A DNA stretch of 64,000 nt from an uncultured delta proteobacterium (GCA_963787235.1 CAWBCG010000011.1:37561-101560), one strand, 5' to 3'; counted from the stretch's first letter, positions 18,712-27,829 are shown. The notes: generated from the letters alone by a model not told the origin. Numbers and translations are program-made.

Positions 18712-20837
18712 TTCATCGCCACCGGGTCCCTCATTATCAGGTCGATGGCCTGGCCGGCTGATTCGGCGGCTTCCGGGAAAATGGCGCGCAGGTTTCGAAT
18801 GTGCCGCAGGTTGTCGGCCGTCCTGAGGATGAGAGAAGCGAATATGCCTTCTTCCATCTCGGCTATAGCGAGGGTTTTCTCCCAGGATTCTTCGGCGGCC
18901 CAGGTGTAGACCGCCGCGGCCGGCCTCAGAAAGAGGGGGCGCGCCGGAAAGCCCCGGGAAATCATATTCCTGGCGAAGGGGGTCAGGGACTCGCGCAGTT
19001 TGAGAAAAGCCGTCAGAAGCGGCTGCGACAGGGCCGATTTTTCGAACCGGTCGTCGGATTCCCTTTCGAACACAAACGAGGCCGTGAGCGCCGCCATCAG
19101 GGCCGGATCTCGGCGTGGCAAAGCGTCCTGGCGGAAACCTTCGGCGATCAGCAGCGGCTGGTCGACCCGTAGCTGCGAGGTCCACCGGCCGTCTTCCGTC
19201 AAACGCCCGTTCGGGTCGACATACGCGTGATCCTTCAGAAATGCCAGGTGCCGCAGGAAATCCTGCCAGAGTAAGTTCGTGTCGCCCCGTCGCTGTTTGC
19301 GCGCTGAGCGCCCCGCGGCCTTGTGCTTGAGCAGATAGGTGGCAAACGAGCGTTGCAAGAGGTTTTCGACCTGTTGCGGTGCGTGCGACAAGAGCAGGTT
19401 GAGCACCATCGAGAAGTTGATTTTGATCTGACTGGTCACATCGGACGGAGGGGCCTCTATCAGCCGGGCCGCCAGGCGGACATCCATGTATTTTCCCGGC
19501 ACCGCCACGCAGAAGCCGATTTTGTCCATGCCGCGCCGACCGGCTCTGCCGGTCATCTGGTGAAACTCGGTGGGTGTCAGCGGGGCGAAATCGAGGCCGT
19601 TGAAGCGGTCGGAGTTGAAGAAGACCACCGTTCGGGCCGGAAAGTTGACGCCGGCTGCCACGGTGCTGGTGGCAAAAACCGCATCGAGCAGCCCCTCGGA
19701 CATCAGGGATTCCAACACCAGCTTCCAGGCCGGCAGCTGGCCGCTGTGGTGGGACCCGACCGCCGGGTGCTCCAGGTACCAGCGTTGGCGATGGCGGGCG
19801 ATGTGCGGGCTGTCGGCGACCAGTTCGTGGATCCGGCGGCTGAGTGTGCCCCGGCGCTCGCCGTTTTGCGGATTGTATTCCCGGCAAAGATCGAGCGCCC
19901 TGTCACAGTCGGCCCGGGATTTTAGAAAGAAAATGGCCGGCAGCAGGTCGTATTTTTTCAGCACGCCGAGCATTTCGCCGAAAGGCGGCAGTCGGCCCGG
20001 CGGAGCGATGCGCGGCTGCCTCCGGGTGTTCACGAATTCTTTCACCTTCCGGTAAAGCTTGGGCTTGCCACCGGCGTCGGCCGGTGTCACGAAAGGCAAC
20101 AGGGTTCCCGAAGGATGAAAAAAGAGCGGATAAAGCGGCACCGGGCGCCTGGTTTCGGACACAACGGCGCATCTTCTGCCGCGCATGCCGGCCAGCCAGT
20201 CCGCAATCCGGTCGGCATTGCCGATGGTAGCCGAGAGCAGCAGCAGGGGGATGCGGGCCGGGAGATAGATCATGATCTCTTCCCACACCACCCCCCGGTC
20301 CGGATCGCCCAGGAAGTGGGCTTCGTCCAGGATCACCAGATCGGTCTTCAGGCTTTCGCCTAAATGCATGGCATCGTAGAGATGGTTGCGCAGGATTTCG
20401 GTGGTCCCGACGATCACCGGGGCTTCAGGGTTTTCCTTGCGGTCCCCGGTCAGGATGCCGACCTGTTCGGCACCGAAGATCCCCGAGAATTCGGCATATT
20501 TGGCATTGGAGAGGGCTTTGAGGGGGGAAGCGTACCAGGCGCTGCCTCCCTTACTGCGCAGGTGCGTGATGGCCTGCAGCGCAATCCATGTTTTCCCGGC
20601 GCCGGTCGGCGCCGTGACCAGGCAGTCCGAGCGCTTGACGGCGGCGACGGCCTCAAGTTGGTACGGGTCGGGTTTGAAGGCTTTATGCCCCGGTACACCG
20701 ATGCCGGCAAAGACCTTTTTGAGTTTGGCATCGGCCCCGGCCTTCAAGCGCTGTACCCGCTGCTTTTCGAATGATTTATGCGGTTGGTGCGGCGCCGGGC
20801 GACGCCGTCTTCGGGGGTATTCGCCTCGTCTGGCCAT
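18705..20837 (-). CDS. Superfamily II DEAD/DEAH helicase, Ski2/HelY-like
   Basis: 710-aa ORF. Motif I TAPTGAGKT, motif II ILDEAHF, SAT, VATSTVAAGVNFPA, QMTGRAGRRG. Its start codon overlaps the cooC-like stop (TGATG). Confidence 0.85.
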   Translation of the reverse strand: MARRGEYPRRRRRPAPHQPHKSFEKQRVQRLKAGADAKLKKVFAGIGVPGHKAFKPDPYQLEAVAAVKRSDCLVTAPTGAGKTWIALQAITHLRSKGGSAWYASPLKALSNAKYAEFSGIFGAEQVGILTGDRKENPEAPVIVGTTEILRNHLYDAMHLGESLKTDLVILDEAHFLGDPDRGVVWEEIMIYLPARIPLLLLSATIGNADRIADWLAGMRGRRCAVVSETRRPVPLYPLFFHPSGTLLPFVTPADAGGKPKLYRKVKEFVNTRRQPRIAPPGRLPPFGEMLGVLKKYDLLPAIFFLKSRADCDRALDLCREYNPQNGERRGTLSRRIHELVADSPHIARHRQRWYLEHPAVGSHHSGQLPAWKLVLESLMSEGLLDAVFATSTVAAGVNFPARTVVFFNSDRFNGLDFAPLTPTEFHQMTGRAGRRGMDKIGFCVAVPGKYMDVRLAARLIEAPPSDVTSQIKINFSMVLNLLLSHAPQQVENLLQRSFATYLLKHKAAGRSARKQRRGDTNLLWQDFLRHLAFLKDHAYVDPNGRLTEDGRWTSQLRVDQPLLIAEGFRQDALPRRDPALMAALTASFVFERESDDRFEKSALSQPLLTAFLKLRESLTPFARNMISRGFPARPLFLRPAAAVYTWAAEESWEKTLAIAEMEEGIFASLILRTADNLRHIRNLRAIFPEAAESAGQAIDLIMRDPVAMNY

Positions 20838-21592
20838 CAGAGTCGGGCGATCATCTCTTTGACCACGGCGATAGCGGTCGAATCGACATCGAAGGGCGAT
20901 TTACCCTGCAGGTCGGCTTCGATCAGGGCATCGTCGAACGGAAGGAAACCGAGGAATTCGAAACCGTCGAGGTGTTCCTTGAGAAAGGCTTCGTCCTTGG
21001 GGCCGCGGATCTTGTTACCCACCACGGCGATGTTGTTCAACTTGATTTCAGACGCCAGCTGCTTGATGTGACCGGCCGTATCGATGCTGCGGCGGCCGGG
21101 CTCGACCACCACGATGAGCTTGTCCACGGCCTTGGCCGTGGCCCGGCCCAGATGCTCGATGCCGGCCTCCATGTCCATGACCACGACCTCGTCGCGCTGC
21201 AAAACGACGTGCCGCACCAGGGCCTTCAGCAGGCTGCTCTCGGGGCAGATGCACCCGGCCCCGCCTTTCGACACGCCGCCAAGGCGCATCAGTTTGATGT
21301 TCTCGAGCTTGGCCGAGAGGGCTTCCGGCAGGTCGTCGACCTTCGGGTTGAGCGAAAAGTAGCCGCCGATGCTGCCGGGCTGCGCCCCGGTGCGTTCGAA
21401 GACCAGATCTTTCATATCGGCTATCGGGGTGATCTTGTCCGCGTCGGCAATGCCGAGCGCCGCCGCCAGGTTGGCGTCCGGGTCGGCATCGATCGCGAGC
21501 ACCCGCCGGCCGTCCCGGCTGAGGGTTCGGATGAGCAGCGCCGCAAACGTCGTTTTGCCGACGCCGCCCTTACCGCTGATCGCAAGTTTCAT
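20837..21592 (-). CDS. cooC: CooC/AcsF-type P-loop NTPase (MinD/ParA-like nickel-insertion accessory family)
   Basis: Deviant Walker A ISGKGGVGKTT. AIDADPDANL. CxC motif in GAGCICPES. About 250 aa, as typical for CooC. Confidence 0.75.
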   Translation of the reverse strand: MKLAISGKGGVGKTTFAALLIRTLSRDGRRVLAIDADPDANLAAALGIADADKITPIADMKDLVFERTGAQPGSIGGYFSLNPKVDDLPEALSAKLENIKLMRLGGVSKGGAGCICPESSLLKALVRHVVLQRDEVVVMDMEAGIEHLGRATAKAVDKLIVVVEPGRRSIDTAGHIKQLASEIKLNNIAVVGNKIRGPKDEAFLKEHLDGFEFLGFLPFDDALIEADLQGKSPFDVDSTAIAVVKEMIARL

Positions 21593-21751
21593 TATGTCTT
21601 CCTTTCTTTATGATTTTCTGTCGAAAATTATTTGCGTCTGTATGTGATGTTATTTAAGAACCCTTTAAAGAATGTGCACTTGATATTAGGGGTACCGCAC
21701 TGACGTTCGACCAACGGCAATATAATGCACGAAGCCGATATTACAAACTTT

Positions 21752-21799
21752 ATAAATTTTTCCATTCCCCGCGCATGCGCGGGGAATGGAAAAATTTAT
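21752..21799. terminator. Perfect 48-bp palindrome: bidirectional intrinsic terminator at the 3' end of the pilus locus
   Basis: ATAAATTTTTCCATTCCCCGCGCA|TGCGCGGGGAATGGAAAAATTTAT. GC-rich stem flanked by T/A runs on both strands. Overlaps the stop codon (21796-21798) of the giant pilin gene. Confidence 0.65.
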
Positions 21800-24700
21800 T
21801 GCTGGATCGGAATCGTCGCCCTTTGCTCGGCGAACCCCAGTTTGACGGCGTAGTCTTTGAAGTAGACGTTGGCAGCGCCGTGTCCTGCGACCTGGAGCCC
21901 GATTTCAGGGCGCGTGAAGGGAATGTAAGTTGTGGGCGAGGTCAGGGTGTCGGTGATGATGATGGAATAGCGGCCGTCATAGTCCTGCGCGCGGGTGACG
22001 GAACTGTCGACCACGTCGTTCCACTGAACGAGGGTAAAGTAGTCGTCAAAGCCGTCTGTGGCTTCACCTGCGTCCGGAGGCCAGTTAGCCGTACCGAAGA
22101 GGTTTTTCAAGCGCTCTTGGTCGTAAGGAAACAAGCCGTCGGAGGCCGGGCTGGTCGGCGGCGGATCGACGCCGGTTTCGGCCCCGTAATAGGCCTGGAT
22201 TAAATTTTCACGTGAGGAGTATTCGGTGACGTTGGCTACGGCTGTGTTCCCCTTGTCCAGTGGCAAACCGGAAGAAAAATCGACACCCGAAGTGTTGTTG
22301 AGCAACAGCGTTCCGGCGGCATTTCCGCCGGCCCAGCTGCCGGAAGACAATATCGGGGGAATGCTGACTTTACCGATGGCACCGTTTGATTGCGTCACAA
22401 AATCATCTTTTTCGATGGGCGTTGTCCCGCCGCTGTTGAACGTGACCAAAGCTCCCTCGTTGATCCGCACCAGCAGGGTGGACTGGTTTACCGGGAAATC
22501 CCGGATGACCCGGATGTCGTCGACCCACCAGCCGTTGCTCGTTGCGCAGCAGTTTCTTTCAAACCGGAAACGGATCCTGACGTTGGAATTACCGGCGTAG
22601 CTGCTGATATCGAGTGTCTTTTTCACCCATCCGCCTACCTCGTCCGGTAATGCGTCACTGTTGCCGGTGTAACCGGCGTAACTCGAATCGTTCGGTTCGA
22701 TTCCTCCACACTCCAACGGCAGCCTGTCGTTCAGCAGGTTCCAGTTTGAACCGGCATCTTCCGAAATTTCAACAAATCCCAAGTCTTCACAGGACGCCAA
22801 ACGGTAGCGGGTCCAAAAGGTCAATTGGACCGTCGTTGCTTGAGAGAGATCGATCGGCTCGGAAATCAGATAATCGTTCCAGATTTCTCCCGCCGCCGGA
22901 TCGTTGTAAGCGCCCGAGCCAGAAGGGCTTGTCGTCCAGGAATAACTGCTGGGGCTGCGGGCGAAATTGTCGGCCCGGGTCCAGAGGGGGTCCCCGGCAT
23001 GATCGTTCTCGCTGATCCATTTTCCGGACGGCGGTTCCAATTCAGCACCATCGGAAAAGAGAAGACCGAGTTCACTGTAGGCCAGCCACTTTCGGCTCGT
23101 GCCATTGCCGGTCTGCTGCCAGAGCACAACCAGGTTGACGTCGTTTTCCGGTACGATTTCGTCGGGAATTCTGTCCGCCGGGCTGCAGAATGCGCAACCG
23201 CGCATGAGAGAAAGACCGTAGAAATTTTCGTTTTCGTCCAGGCGAAAGGCGAGGCCGGCGGCATAATGCTTCGGGATGGGCGAGCCTTCAGGCCCGTAGC
23301 CCGTTTCCGGGAAAGGCGTCGAATCAAATCCGATTTTGACCTGGTTGTCGTAGCTCAGATAATAGCCGGCCAGGCGGTGAGAATAGGCGAAGTTGACGAC
23401 CTTGTTGGTGGCCCAGTTGAAGGCGATCAGGCCGGCCTTTAATACCCCGAAGCCGGGTTCGACGTCGGTCACCGCCAGTACATTTTCACCGCCTCTGTTC
23501 TCGATTGCAAAGGAGCCGAAGTTCGGGGAACTCCAATTGCTCAAGTCGTTGAAATCGTCACGAAAGACAATTGTTTCCGTAGATCGGTCGGGGAGTGGCA
23601 CGTTGTAAACCACTTCCCGGGCGGCTGCCAGCTCCCCCTGGCCGACCATCCCGATGGAATAAACCCGGACAAAGGGCTCCAAAACGACTTCCGTCGAGGT
23701 GTCCACTGAAATGCTGAAGGATTCCTCCGGGTCTTGTGCCATCGTGACATTTTCCAGGACGTTGCCCTCGCGGTTAACATAGCCGTATGAGACCCCGTTG
23801 ATATTGATCCGCCCCTGGACCTTAGGGAAAAAACCACCGTCGGCCAACGTCAGGTCCCCGTTTCTCGTCACTGTGGCACTGCCGGTCGGGAGCCCGAGCA
23901 GCTTGACGACGGCGTTGTCGTAAACTGTTTCCTCCAAAGGGGAATCGAGAGTGAGCTGTCCTGTGCTGTCATTGTAAGAGTTGTAGGAATAGACGACATT
24001 ACCAATTTTGACACGGGCGTTGAAACCGTCTGATGGTAGCGTAAAACCCTCCGGAATCCCACCGGAAAATTTGGTTGACAATCCAGTGCTGCCGACGGAG
24101 GCGTTGCCGTTTGCGGTCAAAAAATAGGGAAAAAACTTCAATCGGAATTGACCGTCGTCTCCACCGCCCATGGTAAACAGGTCATCGTGGAGGTCCTCGA
24201 GGATCTGGTTTTTTTCGTCCTGGGATTTGTAGCGGTTGTTGGTGTCGGTGGTGTTGAGATAGCGGCTGGCGGCGTACCGGAAACCGGATTCGGCAATGTA
24301 ATAGGCTCTAACGGCGGTGTTGCCGGTCACCTGGCTGGTGGATGAGGTGCCGATCAGCGACACCATGCCGGCTCCCAGGGCGGCAAATAGCAGCAGAATG
24401 ACCACCAGTCCCACCAGCACATTGCCGCGTTCGTTGCGAAAAGCGTTTCCGGATGAAGAAGACATTTTGGCTTCAGATCTGTGAGAGTATCCGACAGCGG
24501 CCAGGATGGAGCCGATAACAGCAAGGACTATGGCTGTGACCGGCCATTTTTGAAGCAAACAATACAATAAGCGGCTGCTGGAGGCTGCAGTCGACACGAA
24601 ACATTGATACTGGTTGGCGGTGACTGGCTCGGAGGTGGCCGGCGCGCCGCCGAAATTTTCGGTGTTACGCGGATTAATGGTGGTCGAGAAAGGCACAGTA

Positions 24701-25197
24701 CCCGCTTCACCTTCTCGGCCTTCTTTGCGGCGTAGGGCGATATCCATTTTCACAGCAGACATTAGATTGATGCCATCGGCAATAATCCAATCGGGGTTCG
24801 GGCCTTTGAAATACTGAATGGTGAAACTGTCCACCTGGTCGATCAAGGTATCACCGGTGACTCCCGAGAGATTGGTGGCACCGGCAGTCAGGCTGTAGAG
24901 CCGTATCGTGCTGCCCACTTTGGCGATGGCCTGTCGTCCCAAGAGGCGGTTGTCAAATACAACCCAAGGATCGGCGCCGTCGTCGCGGGAAATGACATCG
25001 GTCAGCTCCATCAATTCGCGATTGATGCGTGTCAGGGCGATCTGGGCCTTCTGGGCCAGGTGGCCGTTTTCCTTGGCCTGCATGTAACCCCGCAGACCGG
25101 TGACGATTCCCATTCCGGCAATAGCGCCCAGGATTCCGACGATTACAAGCGATGCGATCACCTCGACCAGAGTAAAACCGGCGCAATGCCTCTTCAT
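21796..25197 (-). CDS. Giant prepilin-type minor pilin: MshO/PilW-like N-terminus fused in frame to a PilX/MshP-like segment and a large MshQ-like adhesin region
   Basis: ATG 25197 with AGGAG 7 nt upstream. Class III signal MKRHCAG|FTLVEV. The first module ends with FSTTINPRN. A second N-terminal-like hydrophobic segment NERGNVLVGLVVILLLFAALGAGMV follows the internal ATG at 24465. The C-terminal part has a beta-sandwich pattern (IDLS...LTFW...VEIS.D.G.NW...VRIRF...GWWVDDIRV). The ORF track extends to 25332. Confidence 0.8.
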   Translation of the reverse strand: MKRHCAGFTLVEVIASLVIVGILGAIAGMGIVTGLRGYMQAKENGHLAQKAQIALTRINRELMELTDVISRDDGADPWVVFDNRLLGRQAIAKVGSTIRLYSLTAGATNLSGVTGDTLIDQVDSFTIQYFKGPNPDWIIADGINLMSAVKMDIALRRKEGREGEAGTVPFSTTINPRNTENFGGAPATSEPVTANQYQCFVSTAASSSRLLYCLLQKWPVTAIVLAVIGSILAAVGYSHRSEAKMSSSSGNAFRNERGNVLVGLVVILLLFAALGAGMVSLIGTSSTSQVTGNTAVRAYYIAESGFRYAASRYLNTTDTNNRYKSQDEKNQILEDLHDDLFTMGGGDDGQFRLKFFPYFLTANGNASVGSTGLSTKFSGGIPEGFTLPSDGFNARVKIGNVVYSYNSYNDSTGQLTLDSPLEETVYDNAVVKLLGLPTGSATVTRNGDLTLADGGFFPKVQGRININGVSYGYVNREGNVLENVTMAQDPEESFSISVDTSTEVVLEPFVRVYSIGMVGQGELAAAREVVYNVPLPDRSTETIVFRDDFNDLSNWSSPNFGSFAIENRGGENVLAVTDVEPGFGVLKAGLIAFNWATNKVVNFAYSHRLAGYYLSYDNQVKIGFDSTPFPETGYGPEGSPIPKHYAAGLAFRLDENENFYGLSLMRGCAFCSPADRIPDEIVPENDVNLVVLWQQTGNGTSRKWLAYSELGLLFSDGAELEPPSGKWISENDHAGDPLWTRADNFARSPSSYSWTTSPSGSGAYNDPAAGEIWNDYLISEPIDLSQATTVQLTFWTRYRLASCEDLGFVEISEDAGSNWNLLNDRLPLECGGIEPNDSSYAGYTGNSDALPDEVGGWVKKTLDISSYAGNSNVRIRFRFERNCCATSNGWWVDDIRVIRDFPVNQSTLLVRINEGALVTFNSGGTTPIEKDDFVTQSNGAIGKVSIPPILSSGSWAGGNAAGTLLLNNTSGVDFSSGLPLDKGNTAVANVTEYSSRENLIQAYYGAETGVDPPPTSPASDGLFPYDQERLKNLFGTANWPPDAGEATDGFDDYFTLVQWNDVVDSSVTRAQDYDGRYSIIITDTLTSPTTYIPFTRPEIGLQVAGHGAANVYFKDYAVKLGFAEQRATIPIQQ

Positions 25198-25288
25198 AAA
25201 CCGACTCCTGAGAGGGTGCGGGCGATAAGGAATGGTTTCTCCAAAAATTTCAGTATAGGTTTCATCAACTCTGAGAAGCCCAGCCTCC

Positions 25289-25720
25289 TTATCTTGTGTA
25301 TAGGGTCGTGATCTCGTGTTGGCCTCTGACAACGGTTACTTTTAAAACCCGGTGGTAAAAAGGGCTGAGGGGGTCATTGTCCTGAGCCTCGTTTCCGCTG
25401 CCGTCAAACGTAATCCAGGACGTGCTCCAGGTGTAATCACCATAGTTGCCGGTGTTGTTTTCTATGTCACTTTTTAAATCAACTAAGGGATTTTCAGATT
25501 GAGCCAGTTGTTTCTTGTAGTCGGCAGTCATCTTCTCGACGATTGCTGTCAGTTGCATGCTCCCCTGAGCCATTTTTATAGGCACGAAGCTCTTGTGGAC
25601 GGTCTGGCCCAGGAATTCGAGCAGGATGGCCCCCAGGATCGAGCCCACGATCAGGGCAATGATCACCTCGAGCAGGGTGAAGCCGCTCGATTTGCCTTTT
25701 AAAATTCCTGCCGGTTTCAT
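25289..25720 (-). CDS. Prepilin-type minor pilin (MshD/PilV/GspI-like)
   Basis: N-terminal KGKSSG|FTLLEVIIALIVGSIL methylation motif. 143 aa. Start overlaps the upstream stop (ATGA). Confidence 0.8.
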   Translation of the reverse strand: MKPAGILKGKSSGFTLLEVIIALIVGSILGAILLEFLGQTVHKSFVPIKMAQGSMQLTAIVEKMTADYKKQLAQSENPLVDLKSDIENNTGNYGDYTWSTSWITFDGSGNEAQDNDPLSPFYHRVLKVTVVRGQHEITTLYTR

Positions 25721-26202
25721 TCGATAAATCCCGTGTTTTTCGTGATTGTGATCGCGTAATTATCCGACCCTTTAGAGAGGGTCACAGTCCGATTCTCTGT
25801 TATAGGTGCGCCGGGAGGTGTGCCGGAATAGAGCGCGTAATAGGGGATGCCGCGGTCATCGAACGAATACGTGCCGGCCGTTATGCTCATGCCCTCTGCG
25901 GCCAGGTCGACCGTGTTCGCGTTTTCTCCCGGCAGCTTGATGGTCGTGAGGGTGGTGGTAGCGGTGTCATACCTGAAGAGCCAATAACTGCCGCCGGTGC
26001 TGTTGGTCTGTATACCCCAGGGCATATTGTCGTTCATGGCCCGGGCCTGAGCGTGACGCAGCTGGCTCTTCAGGACCTCGGTTTGAACTTTAAGGTCCGC
26101 GCTGGTGACGCGGCCGCGACCGATGGCAAAGGCCACGATGATGCTCATCACGATCAGAACGACCACAATTTCTATAATAGTGAAGCCCGCGTTTTTTTTC
26201 AT
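25717..26202 (-). CDS. Prepilin-type minor pilin (MshC/FimT/GspH-like)
   Basis: MKKNAG|FTIIEIVVVLIVMSII motif. 161 aa. Confidence 0.8.
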   Translation of the reverse strand: MKKNAGFTIIEIVVVLIVMSIIVAFAIGRGRVTSADLKVQTEVLKSQLRHAQARAMNDNMPWGIQTNSTGGSYWLFRYDTATTTLTTIKLPGENANTVDLAAEGMSITAGTYSFDDRGIPYYALYSGTPPGAPITENRTVTLSKGSDNYAITITKNTGFIE

Positions 26203-26379
26203 TTTCGATATTCTGGCGGTAATCGATGAAATTCGAACAAAGCGAGCACGAAGTCAACATACGGCTTCCTTTAGATAATACACTGCCGGTTGACTTCATG
26301 TAAAGAGGCGGGAGAAAGTGTGACGGTAAAAAGGTGAATTCAAACTGGCAGGAACCGGCAGACTCATCTTAATCCTTTA

Positions 26380-26787
26380 TTACGTTTCGGACTTGCGCCA
26401 TTTTGCAGCAACCTGCAGCGTGGACGCTTCCCGGATAAGCGAAATGGTCTGGCTGCCGAAGGAGAGTTGCCCCCCCGTGTCTTTATCCGGTCCGTTGTCC
26501 CAGTGGTAGCTGGAACCGATGTCGGTGTAGGTGGAGGCGGTCATCATCGCCCAGATGGCTTCGTCGCCGGGGTACTTGCCCTGGTTTATGATCAGGTTGG
26601 CCCAGGTCAGGGTTTCCCTGGAGTTTAACTCACTTATTCCGGCCTCGATAGCGCGCAGCTCAGCAGAAATGTTGATATTGTTGTATTTTTTGACGACGAC
26701 GGACGCCATGACACCGATGATAACCAGCATGGCCATCAGTTCGATCAGCGTAAATCCCTTTTCTTCCGATACGTCTATCAGTCTCAT
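26380..26787 (-). CDS. Type IV pilin, paralog 1 (candidate major subunit)
   Basis: Leader ...EEKG|FTLIELMAMLVIIGV. GGGGA RBS. Shares AIEAGI.ELN..E.L.WAN and C-terminal Y.W..GP..GG.L.F blocks with the two upstream paralogs. No Cys. Confidence 0.8.
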   Translation of the reverse strand: MRLIDVSEEKGFTLIELMAMLVIIGVMASVVVKKYNNINISAELRAIEAGISELNSRETLTWANLIINQGKYPGDEAIWAMMTASTYTDIGSSYHWDNGPDKDTGGQLSFGSQTISLIREASTLQVAAKWRKSET

Positions 26788-26851
26788 TCATGTCCCCACT
26801 CCAGATCAGCAGAAAGCATCAATAGTATGCCACACCAGTGCAGTCCAAGTA

Positions 26852-27229
26852 TTATTTTCTTGACCACCTAGCCGGTTTGTCGGATTCAGAAGGATCTCGC
26901 AACAACTCAGCCTCAGCTGAAGATTGAAACGTTAATGTTCCCCCGCCGGCATTCGGTCCAACTGTCCAACTATAGTCAGGGCCCAGGTCCGGATTAATTA
27001 CAGAAAAAACCTGGGTATCATCTTGCCAGCCATTGGGTGCCAGTTTGGCATTGGCCCAGACCAGGCTCTCCTGACCGTTCAATTCGCCAATACCTGCTTC
27101 GATGCCGTGCTCTTTGGCATGTATATCCAGGTTGATAAACTTTGGAACTGCTATCGCCGCCAGCACACTAAGGATAATCAGAACTGATATAATTTCGACT
27201 AATGTGAAACCTTTCTGGTTTATAAGCAT
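26852..27229 (-). CDS. Type IV pilin, paralog 2
   Basis: MLINQKG|FTLVEIISVLIILSVLAAIAVP. The start is taken at the ATG giving a 7-aa leader; the ORF track extends to 27268. No Cys. Confidence 0.75.
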   Translation of the reverse strand: MLINQKGFTLVEIISVLIILSVLAAIAVPKFINLDIHAKEHGIEAGIGELNGQESLVWANAKLAPNGWQDDTQVFSVINPDLGPDYSWTVGPNAGGGTLTFQSSAEAELLRDPSESDKPARWSRK

Positions 27230-27400
27230 GCGACGGTACATTATTTCGAGCAGGTTTTCTTTACCCAACTGATATGCGACAAATTAATTAAACTAATTAA
27301 TTCGTGCAACTGCAATAACGATGCATGCCAAAAGTGCACTAAATCAGGTTGGGTTTTGACAGTCATATTCACTCGGTCGCTGGTCAGTCGGGAAACATGT

Positions 27401-27829
27401 CTATGATCCGGTGAGGGACCAATTACCTGGACTGGTAAGGGTTGCGGCTTGCCGAGTAAGGGTAACACCTGTACCGTTTTTAAAGCTAAGGGTTCCACCA
27501 CCAGCACCGGGACCTGCGGTCCAGACATAGTCCGTGCCGAGATTCGGTACTGTACCTGATTATCGGATCAGTTAAAATTGTAGAGTCCATGTCTGCGTCC
27601 GTTACCCGGCGGGTCAGGGCTGATTTTTATATTGGCCCATGCGAGATTTTCCCGGCCGTTCAATTCGGAATACCGCGGCATCGATGGCGCGCCTCTTGGC
27701 ATTCTCTTCGAGGTTGATGTAGCGCGGGACGGCAACCGCAGCCAGGATACCCAAAATAATCAGAACGGCGATAATTTCGACCAGCGTAAAACCCTCTTCG
27801 TTGGTCAATTGCTTTTTTAACGACATCAT
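27401..27829 (-). pseudogene. Type IV pilin paralog 3, disrupted by frameshifts
   Basis: The intact N-terminus (MMSLKKQLTNEEG|FTLVEIIAVLIILGILAAVAVPRYINLEENAKRRAIDAAV) runs into a stop at 27614. The conserved continuation SELNGRENLAWANIKISP is in another frame. The conserved C-terminus (TVPNLGTDYVWTAGPGAGGGTLSFKNGTGVTLTRQAATLTSPGNWSLTGS*, stop 27401-27403) is back in the first frame. Confidence 0.7.

Noticed and set aside
18667-20862. Multiple 120-400-aa ORFs overlapping the helicase gene on both strands
   Set aside because: They have Arg/Pro/Gly-rich compositions and no motifs. The helicase frame carries all the SF2 motifs in order.
20771-21613. 280-aa plus-strand ORF opposite the cooC-like gene
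   Set aside because: It is antisense to an ORF with a clear deviant Walker A and a CxC motif. Nothing is recognisable in this frame.
27320-27345. Sigma-54-like elements upstream of pilin paralogs 2 and 1 (TGGCATGCATCGTTATTGCA here; TGGCATACTATTGATGC at about 26822-26838) and TGGCCCTTTTCCGCAA inside family-1 repeats
   Set aside because: The spacing between the GG and GC dinucleotides is off by +4, +2 and -1 nt respectively. Sigma-54 promoters tolerate essentially no spacing change, so these are recorded as degenerate or non-functional look-alikes.
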